A stretch of DNA of 64,000 nt from Eledone cirrhosa (lineage: Eukaryota), in contig OZ024742.1 of NCBI GenBank assembly GCA_964016885.1, forward strand, positions 43,710,001 through 43,774,000. The letters are read 5' to 3'. Positions 1 through 12,200 of this stretch are shown in pieces (positions within the stretch are counted from its first letter, which is position 1; each line of letters starts with the position of its first letter). The notes below the pieces were generated by a model. That model made no database searches, was not told the DNA's origin, and saw nothing but the letters and a program-made list of their open reading frames with translations. Position numbers and translations under genes: made by a program.

Positions 1-810
1 ACTGCCTTGCAATGTAGAACACCGCAAGCCTCTGATCTTCCCATCGCAGAACATTGGCAAACCTCCTACTCTCCACCTCCCTGTGTGCTAAGTACACCTG
101 ACGTCTAGCTTCTCTCTTAGTGGCTGTATATTCTTCCCTACTCCCACCCTTTTTCCAAGCGATCCATGCTAGTCTTTTGTCTCTAATGGCCTTATCTACT
201 GTGCTGTTCCACCACCAGGTCACTCTCTGTCTGGTTGGAGCTCAGCTCCAGCCACAAGTTTCCTCAGTAGCCTGCAACAAGTTGTCACGTAAGAAATTCC
301 AGTTATTATCTATGTCATACGTCTCTAAATCGATTTTCTTTTTCGTCATATACATCTTGAAGGGCTTTCCTAAATTTGTATTTTAGTGAAAGGTCTTTTA
401 GCTTTCAGACCTTTCTTCTCCACACCTTCCTGTATGTCTCATTCCATCTCTTGCTTACTGAGATATCACTAACGACTAACCTATGCTGTGGGGTACATTC
501 TTCCCCAGGATATGCCTTGGTATTAGACACTATCTGCCTGTCCTGCTGCCTAACTAGTAAGAAGTCAATCTGGCTTATGTGCTCACCAGATTTGTAGGTT
601 ATTAGGTGATTGGCAGGTTTCTGGAAGTTTGTGTTGCAAATAGTCAATGTACCTGCATCACAAAATTCAAGAAGTCTCACTCCTTCTTCATTTCTTGAGC
701 CGTAACCGTGCCCACCATGTACCCCAGTGTAACCATCCTGGAGCTGTCCAACATGACCATTGAAGTCTCCTGCTAGCATAACGATGTCTCCGTCCTCTGT
801 CATTGCGGTT
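1..810 (-). mobile_element. RTE-clade LINE fragment (AP-endonuclease C-terminal half and linker), degenerate
   Basis: ORF 405-803 has the EEP motifs AGDFNGHVG, GxGxRNEEGxRLLEFC, NTxF, ITY, QIDF, QHRLVV. LINE-like coding continues in a shifted frame toward position 1. Confidence 0.88.
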
Positions 811-824
811 GTTTATATATATAT

Positions 825-1110
825 ACTGGAGCAATGTGAAATATAGTGTTGTGTTGTTTCCTTGAGCAAGACACTTTATTTCACATTGCTCCAGTTTACT
901 CAGCTGTAGAAAGGAGATGATAGGACTGGGGTCTCTATCATTCCACTGCTAAGTGGACGTGCAGGGGCCACGGCAAAAAAGCACCCAGCACTCACTGTAA
1001 ATGAGGTTGGTGTTAGGAAGGGCATCCAGCTGTAGAAATCAAGCCAGAATCAGTTCCCATCCCACCCTTGCAAGCAGGGAAAAGTGGACGTAAAAATGAT
1101 GATGATGATG
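825..1110 (+). mobile_element. 5'-truncated CORE-type SINE with RTE-like tail and a short 5' inversion
   Basis: Matches the SINE at 32469-32853 (ccttgagcaagacactttatttcacattgctccag ... gttaggaagggcatccagctgtagaa ... (gat)n). 825-849 is the reverse complement of 871-895. Confidence 0.85.
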
Positions 1111-1158
1111 ATATGGTCAACGAGTCGATATTGTATATATATAGACATAATTGCATTG

Positions 1159-1191
<33 letters not shown>

Positions 1192-1288
1192 GATTTTGAG
1201 TATATGTTGGTTGTATACCAACACCTCAGTATGCAGGCTGGAGCACTCGACGAAGTGCACAAGTTGGTTTGGTTACTCCGGAGTAATG

Positions 1289-1353
1289 TAAAATAAAGTT
1301 AAATAAAAAGTCCAATGTTTAAAATTTTAAACATTTGACTTTTTATTTAACTT

Positions 1354-1360
<7 letters not shown>
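1289..1360. repeat. 72-bp spacerless palindrome
   Basis: 1289-1324 is the reverse complement of 1325-1360 with one mismatch; abuts a (TA)n tract. Confidence 0.9.
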
Positions 1361-1410
<50 letters not shown>

Positions 1411-1743
1411 TATATGGTCAACGAGTTGATTCTGTATATATATAGATATAATTGCATTGTATATATATATATATACACACATACATATATATATACACAC
1501 ACATATATATATACACACACATATATATATATACACACACACATATATATATACATATATATATGTATACACACACATATATATATATATATACATATAT
1601 ATTTATATATATATATACATATATATTTATATATATATATATATGCAGAGGTTATATTTAATTTGTTGGGATTCAACAAACTTAAACATTTTATAACTGA
1701 TATAAAGCACTCAACAGCTTAGTAGAGTAAATATTCAATATAT

Positions 1744-1810
<67 letters not shown>
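1361..1810. repeat. (TA)n/(CA)n microsatellite cluster with an embedded repeat fragment at ~1643-1745
   Basis: Direct reading. 1643-1745 matches the reverse complement of parts of 22925-22971 and 45350-45427. Confidence 0.9.
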
Positions 1811-1816
<6 letters not shown>

Positions 1817-3347
1817 TACAATAACAGAGATAGCTTAAAGCTAAACTCCGACTGGCAACCATCTCACTCAACAAACATTAGGTTATATGTTAGTATAAAC
1901 CCAATTTACGTGTTTGGGGTGCTAACTATATGTATTTTGTGGAAAGCCAGTTGTAATATTTTATGAGATATAATTAAAGTTAAAATATATCTCTCTTTCC
2001 AAACAATTGTTTCATTATAAGTTTTCTACAACTTAGGAGAATGTTTCCAGTTTATGTAGAAGCCTAACATATATTCATGTAAGAATATATTTAGGTGGGT
2101 ACTTATAAATCTTCAGTGGAAGCCCATTAAACTTTGATATAAGAAAAAATTCTTACCGCAGTTAAAAATCGTGTCTGCTAAGCTGCTCCCTCACGCATCG
2201 AATGACCGCCAAATTTGAAATTCCAGCAGTCTTTTGACTGAGGAAGTTTCATAGCGTCACGAAGCGGGAAAGGGAGACAACCATGATTCACGAGAAAAGA
2301 AAATAATATTCACGTGGGTTAATTAGTTTTTTCAAAAACATTATCAATCCAACGTGTTAAGAACTCAATTGAAATTAAAAAAATAAATGTATGCGTGTAT
2401 TAATTACACACGTATATAGATATTTTCTTAGGCTAAAAACAGAAGTGATACCCAAAATAACAAGCCGCATCTCACAACCGTAGTAAATACGGAAAGTTAC
2501 GCTTTAAAAGGCGATTGGGAATGTAAATCTCTGGCCAAATTAAGAGTAAAATATTTAATACACGCGGGTTAATTAGTTATTTCAAAACTATTATCAATTC
2601 CACGTGTTAAGAACTCAATTAATTTTAAAAAATAAATATATGCATGTAATTATTCACACACGCATATATATATTTTCTTAGGCTAAAAACAGAGAAGTGA
2701 CAACCAAAAACCTCCATATCTCACAACAGCAACAAATACGGAAAGTCATGTTCATAAGGTACCTGGAAAAAAATACCTCTGGCCAAATCAAGAGTAAAAT
2801 ATTTATTACAATAACAGAGATAGCTTAAAGCTAAACTCCGACTGGCAACCATCTCACTCAACAAACATTAGGTTATATGTTAGTATAAACCCAATTTACG
2901 TGTTTGGGGTGCTAACTATATGTATTTTGTGGAAAGCCAGTTGTAATATTTTATGAGATATAATTAAAGTTAAAATATATCTCTCTTTCCAAACAATTGT
3001 TTCATTATAAGTTTTCTACAAACTGGGAGAATGTTTCCAGTTTATTTAGAAGCCTAACATATATTCATGTAAGAATATATTTAGGTGGGCACTTATAAAT
3101 CTTCAGTGGAAGCCCATTAAACTTTGATATAAGAAAAAATTCTTACCGCAGTTAAAAATCGTGTCTGCTAAGCTGCTCCCTCACGCATCGAATGACGGCC
3201 AAATTTGAAATTCCAGCAGTCTTTTGACTGAGGAAGTTTCATAGCGTCACAAAGCGGGAAAGGGAGACAACCATGATTCACGAGAAAAGAAAATAATATT
3301 CACGTGGGTTAATTAGTTTTTTCAAAAACATTATCAATCCAACGTGT
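1811..3347. repeat. 990-bp period partial tandem duplication with an internal ~250-bp diverged duplication
   Basis: 1811-2357 is nearly identical to 2801-3347; ~2306-2555 resembles ~2556-2805. Confidence 0.9.
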
Positions 3348-3364
3348 ATTTATAACATTTAATG

Positions 3365-3434
3365 GATTTACAAACGTTTCGCTAGACTAACAGGAATTAA
3401 TAGTTCATTCCAGTAAGAATAGCTCACCAGAGTC
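3365..3434 (-). ncRNA. Degenerate type I hammerhead ribozyme motif (core CUGGUGA)
   Basis: Minus strand: gact-CTGGTGA-gcta...tagc-GAAA-c-gttt-GTA-aatc. One core substitution and a weak stem I. Confidence 0.45.
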
Positions 3435-3450
3435 GGTTTTCTCTCCCGCC

Positions 3451-3507
<57 letters not shown>

Positions 3508-3748
3508 TAAGTGTGTGTGTGTATATACACTTGTGTATGTGTGCGTATATGTGTATGTGTATATGTATATGCGTGTATATATATATGAATGTCAAGAAAT
3601 CGATTTAAATTCTCTACTATAATATATATATATAGAGAGAGAAGTGTGTGTGTGTGCGCGTGCGTGTGCGTGCGCGTGTGTATATTACAAAGTATTTTTG
3701 TCTGACGCCCTGCCGATTCAACCATTCAAAACCCTGTTGATTAATAAT

Positions 3749-3817
3749 TGTTTCTACTTCAGGCACAAGGCCAGCAATTACTCAGTGCATTACTGGTACT
3801 TTATTTTATCGACCCCG
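3749..3817 (-). mobile_element. SINE 3' fragment (same family as 45038-45222)
   Basis: tgtttctacttcaggcacaaggccagcaatta...ctggtactttattttatcgacccc matches the start of 45038-45222. Confidence 0.8.
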
Positions 3818-4443
3818 CCCTGTTGATTAATAATGGTTATCATAACTTACGTTTTCCACCGGCTTCATTGGGGGGAGACCTCTTGTGGTAAATGACACTT
3901 TTATCAGCATGTTCTAGATACTGTCGTTGTTCTTGATATCTGTAATAAATATATATTTGTTATATATTCTAGCAGAAAAACGACCCATGGGGTGGTTTTT
4001 CTGCTAGCATGTGTAGTGTGCATGCGTGTGTGTGTATATATATATATATATATATGGTGGCTGCCAACTCGTTTTCGAGTACGGCCACTACTTTATATCC
4101 ATGTACGAGAACCCCTACCGATGCGCTGAACGAGTGTGACCCTCTAGTCCAGCCAGCGACTTGAAAACTCTGGTACAAACACTACACTTGTGACAATTAT
4201 TGACACATAGTGCTGGGCCCATGGTACCATGTAACAGAAAGTGCAGAGAGATCTCCAGATATAAAGCAATGCCTGTGCCGTGAAGCTTTTATAGTGAGCA
4301 AAGGCACTGCACAAAGCCAGTCCCACTCTCTTAACCAAGATGATATTTACCAAGGGAAACGCCTTCTCCATTCTGTCCGCCGGGGCTGTTGGTGGGCCCC
4401 ATCGCGTACCACTACATTAGTTAAATACCATTTTTTCATCTCA

Positions 4444-5301
4444 TCTATATATATAAAACTGTGGTTGTCTGTCTATCGATTTTTGGCACACATCTCCTCT
4501 TAGAATCTCTCACGGAATTGCACCGAAATTGCTATACTTGTACATTGAGCCCTAGCGAAGACATCGGAAAAAAAAAAATTTCAAATTGACCCACCCTATG
4601 TGACGAAATCGAATATAATGTATCGATTTTTGAGCGTAAGTTATCAGTTATTTCCCTTTGTTCTGTTTACATTGAGCGTCTTACGTAAAAAATTACGCTG
4701 GCTTTAACAGTTGTCGAGCCAGCAAAATATTGACCTGCAAAATTCATCAGTTCGAACACTAAGCTTCCGTTTAGCTTCATTTCCATTTAAAAGCATTTTA
4801 AAACAATATTTTTACTTGAAAACAAGTCTATTTAAAGACTACGTAAAACAAGCAAATATTTCGTCGTTAGGCGTGCAGACAGACAGTTGTGCAGAGAGGT
4901 GATATAGGCGTGCAGACAGACAGTCGTGCAGAGAGGTGATATAGGCGTGCAGACAGACAGTCGTGCAGAGAGGTGATATAGGCATGCAGACAGACATAAC
5001 TGATAATTTGGTTATGCTAATGTTTTTCTCTGCGTTGCAGTGTTTACATTTTCGATCTTTGTTAATAAATAACCAGTGCAGTTTCTATCCCCAGCATCCT
5101 CTTTTGTTATAACATTCGGGTTATCGTTATGTTTTCTTAACTTCATAAGGCATATTGTTGGTTGAGGGAATATTAATCAAAAACACCACATGCAAGTCTG
5201 CACAGTAGACACTACAGTTTTTAAGCCAAAAAAGAAACTTAACATTGTAACTTTAACACAGCTACTGAGCGACCCCGAGCAACGCCGGGCTTTACTGCTA
5301 G
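4444..5301 (+). mobile_element. Non-autonomous Helitron
   Basis: Starts TCTATATATATAAAA after A and ends CTAG before T, with a GC-rich subterminal hairpin (cccgagcaacgccggg). No TSD. Contains ~3.5 copies of a 37-bp tandem repeat at ~4868-4996. Confidence 0.8.
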
Positions 5302-6202
5302 TACATATATATAACACACTTGCCTATTTGTAAAGTGTGTAAGCACGCACAGCATGGGACTACCTACACACTACTCTTAACAGGTTCATGGTGTACATAT
5401 AGGTGTGTGTGTATGAATATATATGTATCTTTAAAGAAAGCTTGCTACATACATATACATGCCGAAAAGCTAGGCGTCGAGGTCGGGTTTATTTCTTCTT
5501 TTATACTCACTCTGCTCATCCCCATGTATAGAATACAACCCTGATTTGTGGTCTTCACGGTCTCGGCACCGCAGAGTATTGACATGTATATGAATATCCG
5601 AATGACTTAAGATAATGGCGAAATTTGAAATGTGGTCGTCATACGACCGAGGCACCTGTGTGGTGAAGCATACTTTTTAGCCCCAAGTAGGCCTTCATCG
5701 AGTAGACCTATGATCAACGAATTTCTTTTTCAAGCATTGTGCATCTAGGAGTACATTATTTAATGTTATCTTTTACTTTTAAGATCTAAGGCTGGGTTTG
5801 AGAAGTATACGCCCTTTAATTCTCGCAAAGTCGAGTGATCACACAAAGACTTCTGAAATTATGTATAAACAGGTAGATCGAATGATCGATTTAGATAATT
5901 GCTATAAACTATATTAATGAAATATTAAGCCGGAATTAACAACAACCGTTGTATAACATGCTCATCTAAACACTTACATAAGCGACGATAATTGAACAGT
6001 GTCTGTATGTGTATATACATACATACATATATATCTATAGTGTGTGTGCATATATATATATATATATATACACATTATACACATTATACATACATATCAA
6101 TATAGACAAAGTATATGATATAATTCTGAAATGTCATTTTATCAGAAAGGGACTAAACTACCAAACTTATATAACATAAGTATCGACTTATTTCGCTATT
6201 AC

Positions 6203-9200
6203 TGTAATATTTAGGGTAGAGAGATGTGTGTATGTATTCTGTAGTGTAATGTTTAGGGTAGAGAGATGTGTGTATGTATTCTGTAGTGTAATGTTTAGGT
6301 TAGAGAGATGTGTGTATGTATTCTGTAGTGTAATGTTTAGGGTAGAGAGATGTGTGTGTGTTCAGTAGAGTAATGTTTAGGGTATAGAGATGTGTGTATG
6401 TGTTCAGTAGTGTAATGTTTAGGTTAGAGAGATGTGTGTATGTGTTCAGTAGTGTAATGTTTAGGTTAGAGAGATGTGTGTATGTGTTCAGTAGTGTAAT
6501 GTTTAGGGTAGAGAGATGTGTGTATATGTTCAGTAGTGTAATGTTAAGGTTAGAGAGATGTGTGTATATGTTCAGTAGTGTAATGTTTAGGTTAGAGAGA
6601 TGTGTGTATGTGTTCTGTAGTGTAATGTTTAGGTTAGAGAGATGTGTGTATGTGTTCTGTAATTTAATGTTTAGGTTAGAGAGATGTGTGTATGTGTTCT
6701 GTAATTTAATGTTTAGGTTAGAGAGATGTGTGTATGTGTTCTGTAATTTAATGTTTAGGGTAGAGAGATGTGTGTATGTGTTCAGTAGTGTAATGTTTAG
6801 GGTAGAGAGATGTGTGTATGTGTTCAGTAGTGTAATGTTTAGGGTAGAGAGATGTGTGTATGTGTTCAGTAGTGTCATGTTTAGGTTAGAGAGATGTTTG
6901 TATGTGTTCAGTAGTGTAATGTTTAGGTTAGAGAGATGTGTGTATGTGTTCTGTAGTGTAATGTTTAGGTTAGAGAGAGTGTGTATGTGTTCAGTAGTGT
7001 AATGTTTAGGGTATAGAGATGTGTGTATGTGTTCAGTAGTGTAATGTTTAGGTTAGAGAGAGTGTGTATGTGTTCAGTAGTGTAATGTTTAGGGTATAGA
7101 GATGTGTGTATGTGTTCAGTAGTGTAATGTTTAGGGTAGAGAGATGTATGTATGTGTTCTGTAGTGTAATGTTTAGGGTATAGAGATGTGTGTATGTATT
7201 CTGTAGTGTAATGTTTAGGGTAGAGAGATGTGTGTATGTGTTCAGTAGTGTAATGTTTAGGTTAGAGAGATGTGTGTATGTGTTCAGTAGTGTAATGTTT
7301 AGGTTAGAGAGATGTGTGTATGTGTTCAGTAGTGTAATGTTTAGGTTAGAGAGATGTGTGTATGTGTTCTGTAGTGTAATGTTTAGGTTAGAGAGATGTG
7401 TGTATGTGTTCAGTAGTGTAATGTTTAGGTTAGAGAGATGTGTGTATGTGTTCAGTAGTGTAATGTTTAGGTTAGAGAGATGTGTGTATGTGTTCAGTAG
7501 TGTAATGTTTAGGGTAGAGAGATGTGTGTATATGTTCAGTAGTGTAATGTTAAGGTTAGAGAGATGTGTGTATATGTTCAGTAGTGTAATGTTTAGGTTA
7601 GAGAGATGTGTGTATGTGTTCTGTAGTGTAATGTTTAGGTTAGAGAGATGTGTGTATGTGTTCTGTAATTTAATGTTTAGGTTAGAGAGATGTGTGTATG
7701 TGTTCTGTAATTTAATGTTTAGGTTAGAGAGATGTGTGTATGTGTTCTGTAATTTAATGTTTAGGGTAGAGAGATGTGTGTATGTGTTCAGTAGTGTAAT
7801 GTTTAGGGTAGAGAGATGTGTGTATGTGTTCAGTAGTGTAATGTTTAGGGTAGAGAGATGTGTGTATGTGTTCAGTAGTGTCATGTTTAGGTTAGAGAGA
7901 TGTTTGTATGTGTTCAGTAGTGTAATGTTTAGGTTAGAGAGATGTGTGTATGTGTTCTGTAGTGTAATGTTTAGGTTAGAGAGAGTGTGTATGTGTTCAG
8001 TAGTGTAATGTTTAGGGTATAGAGATGTGTGTATGTGTTCAGTAGTGTAATGTTTAGGTTAGAGAGAGTGTGTATGTGTTCAGTAGTGTAATGTTTAGGG
8101 TATAGAGATGTGTGTATGTGTTCAGTAGTGTAATGTTTAGGGTAGAGAGATGTATGTATGTGTTCTGTAGTGTAATGTTTAGGGTATAGAGATGTGTGTA
8201 TGTATTCTGTAGTGTAATGTTTAGGGTAGAGAGATGTGTGTATGTGTTCAGTAGTGTAATGTTTAGGTTAGAGAGATGTGTGTATGTGTTCAGTAGTGTA
8301 ATGTTTAGGTTAGAGAGATGTGTGTATGTGTTCAGTAGTGTAATGTTTAGGTTAGAGAGATGTGTGTATGTGTTCAGTAGTGTAATGTTTAGGTTAGAGA
8401 GATGTGTGTATGTGTTCTGTAGTGTAATGTTTAGGTTAGAGAGATGTGTGTATGTGTTCAGTAGTGTAATGTTTAGGTTAGAGAGATGTGTGTATGTGTT
8501 CAGTAGTGTAATGTTTAGGTTAGAGAGATGTGTGTATGTGTTCAGTAGTGTAATGTTTAGGGTAGAGATATGTGTGTATGTGTTCAGTAGTGTAATGTTT
8601 AGGTTAGAGAGATGTGTGTATGTGTTCAGTAGTGTAATGTTTAGGTTAGAGATATGTGTGTATGTGTTCAGTAGTGTAATGTTTAGGTTAGAGAGATATG
8701 TGTATGTGTTCAGTAGTGTAATGTTTAGGGTAGAGAGATGTGTGTATGTGTTCAGTGGTGTAATGTTTAGGTTAGAGAGATGTGTGTATGTGTTCAGTAG
8801 TGTAATGTTTAGGGTAGAGATATGTGTGTATGTGTTCAGTAGTGTAATGTTTAGGTTAGAGAGATATGTGTATGTGTTCAGTAGTGTAATGTTTAGGTTA
8901 GAGAGATGTGTGTATGTGTTCAGTAGTGTAATGTTTAGGTTAGAGAGATGTGTGTATATGTTCAGTAGAGTAATGTTTAGGTTAGAGAGATGTGTGTATG
9001 TGTTCAGTAGTGTAATGTTTAGGGTAGAGATATGTGTGTATGTGTTCAGTAGTGTAATGTTTAGGTTAGAGAGATATGTGTATGTGTTCAGTAGTGTAAT
9101 GTTTAGGTTAGAGAGATGTGTGTATGTGTTCAGTAGTGTAATGTTTAGGGTAGAGATATGTGTGTATGTGTTCAGTAGTGTAATGTTTAGGTTAGAGAGA

Positions 9201-12200
9201 TATGTGTATGTGTTCAGTAGTGTAATGTTTAGGTTAGAGAGATGTGTGTATGTGTTCAGTAGTGTAATGTTTAGGTTAGAGAGATGTGTGTATATGTTCA
9301 GTAGAGTAATGTTTAGGTTAGAGAGGTGTGTGTATGTGTTCAGTAGTGTAATGTTTAGGTTAGAGAGATGTATGTATGTATTCAGTAGTGTAATGTTTAG
9401 GGTAGAGAAATGTGTGTATATGTTCAGTGGTGTAATGTTTAGGTTAGAGAGATGTGTGTATGTGTTCAGTAGTGTAATTTTAGGTTAGAGAGATGTGTGT
9501 ATGTGTTCAGTAGTGTAATGTTTAGGTTAGAGATATGTGTGTGTGTTCTGTAGTGTAATGTTTAGGTTAGAGAGATGTGTGTATGTGTTCAGTAGTGTAA
9601 TGTTTAGGGTAGAGAGATGTGTGTATATGTTCAGTGGTGTAATGTTTAGGGTAGAGAGATGTGTTCAGTGGTGTAATGTTTAGGGTAGAGAGATGTGTGT
9701 ATATGTTTAATAGTTTAATGTTTAGGTTAGAGAGATGTGTGTATATGTTTAATAGTGTAATGTTTAGGTTAGAGAGATGTGTATATATGTTTAATAGTGA
9801 AATGTTTAGGTTAGAAAGATGTCTGTATGTGTTCAGTAGTGTAATGTTTAGGTTAGAGAGATGTGTGTATGTGTTCAGTAATGTAATGTTTAGGGTAGAG
9901 AGATGTGTGTATGTGTTCAGTGGTGTAATATTTAGGTTAGAGAGATGTGTGTATGTGTTCTGTAGTGTCATGTTTAGGTTAGAGAGATGTTTGTATGTGT
10001 TCAGTTGTGTAATGTTTAGGGTAGAGAGATGTGTGTATGTATGTTTTAGGTTGTGTAATGTTTAAGGCTAGAGAAAGATGTGTGCATGCTTTCAGTGGTG
10101 TAATGTTTAGGGTAGAGAGATGTTTTCAGTTGTGTAATGTTTAGGGTAGAGAGAAGTGTGTATGTGTTCTGTAGTGTAATGTTTAGGTTAGAGAGATGTC
10201 TGTATGTTTAATAGTGTAATGTTTAGAGTAGAGAGAGGTTTTCAGTAGTGTAATGTTTAGAGTAGTGAGATGTGTGTAAAAGTTCAGTTCTGTAATCTTT
10301 AGGGTAGAGAGATGTCTGTATCTGTTCAGTAGTGTAATGTTTAGGTTAGAGAGATGTCTGTATCTGTTCAGTAGTGTAATGTTTAGGGCAGAGAGATGTG
10401 TGTATGTGTTCAGTAGTGTAATGTTTAGGGTAGAGAGATGTGTGTATGTGTTCAGTAGTGTAATGTTTAGGGTAGAAAGATGTGTGTATGTGTTCAGTAG
10501 TGTAATGTTTAGGATAGAGAGATGTGTGTGTGTTCAGTAGTGTAATGTTTAGGGTAGAGAGATGTGTGTATGTGTTCAGTAGTGTAATGTTTAAGGTAGA
10601 GAGATGTGTGTATGTGTTCAGTAGTGTAATGTTTAGGGTAGAGAGATGTGTGTTGAGTAGTGTAATGTTTAGGGTAGAGAGATGTGTGTATGTGTTCAGT
10701 AGTGTAATGTTTAGGGTAGAGAGATGTGTGTTCAGTAGTGTAATGTTTAGGGTAGAGAGATGTGTGTATGTGTTCAGTAGTGTAATGTTTAGGGTAGAGA
10801 GATGTGTGTTGAGTAGTGTAATGTTTAGGGTAGAGAGATGTGTGTATGTGTTCAGTAGTGTAATGTTTAGGGTAGAGAGATGTGTGTTCAGTAGTGTAAT
10901 GTTTAGGGTAGAGAGATGTGTGTATGTGTTCAGTAGTGTAATGTTTAGGGTAGAGAGATGTTTGTATGTGTTCAGTAGTGTAATGTTTAGGTTACAGAGA
11001 TGTGTGTATGTGTTCAGTGGTGTAATGTTTAGGTTAGAGAGATGTGTGTATGTGTTCTGTAGTGTAATGTTTAGGTTAGAGAGATGTGTGTATGTGTTCA
11101 GTAGTGTAATGTTTAGTGTAGAGAGATGTGTGTTCAGTAGTGTAATGTTTAGGGTAGAGAGATGTGTGTATGTGTTCAGTGGTGTAATGTTTAGGTTAGA
11201 GAGATGTGTGTATGTGTTCAGTAGTGTAATGTTTAGGTTAGAGAGATGTGTGTATGTGTTCAGTAGTGTAATGTTTAGGTTAGAGAGATGTGTGTATGTG
11301 TTCAGTAGTGTAATGTTTAGGGTAGAGAGATGTGTGTATGTGTTCAGTAGTGTAATGTTTAGGTTAGAGAGATGTGTGTGCGTTCAGTAGTGTAATGTTT
11401 AGGTTGGAGAGATGTGTGTATGTGTTCAGTAGTGTAATGTTTAGGGTAGAGAGATGTGTGTATGTGTTCTATAGTGTAATATTTAGGCTAGAGAGATGTG
11501 TGTATGTGTTCTGTAGTGTAATGTTTAGGTTAGAGAGGTGTGTATATGTGTTCAGTAGTGTAATGTTTAGGTTAGAGAGGTGTGTATATGTGTTCAGTAG
11601 TGTAATGTTTAGGTTAGAGAGGTGTGTGTATGTGTTCAGTAGTGTAATGTTTAGGTTAGAGAGATGTGTGTATGTGTTCAGTGGTGTAATGTTTAGGTTA
11701 GAGAGATGTGTGTATGTGTTCAGTAGTGTAATGTTTAGGTTAGAGAGGTGTGTGTGTGTTCAGTGGTGTAATGTTTAGGTTAGAGAGATGTGTGTGTGTT
11801 CAGTAGTGTAATGTTTAGGTTAGAGAGGTGTGTGTGTATGTGTTCAGTAGTGTAATGTTTAGGGTAGAGATATGTGTGTATGTGTTCAGTGGTGTAATGT
11901 TTAGGTTAGAGAGGTGTGTGTATGTGTTCAGTAGTGTAATATTTAGGTTAGAGTGATGTGTGTATGTGTTCAGTAGTGAAATATTTAGGTTAGAGAGATG
12001 TGTGTATATGTTCAGTAGTGTAATGTTTAGGGTAGAGAGATGTGTGTATGTGTTCAGTAGTGTAATGTTTAGGGTAGAGAGATGTGTGTATGTGTTCAGT
12101 GGTGTAATGTTTAGGTTAGAGAGATGTGTGTGTGTTCAGTAGTGTAATGTTTAGGGTAGAGAGATGTGTGTGTGTTCAGTGGTGTAATGTTTAGGTTAGA

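Noticed and set aside
4057-4440. ORFs 4144-4371 and 4210-4503
   Set aside because: Short, no recognisable motifs, and one runs into a Helitron; probably an unclassified repeat.
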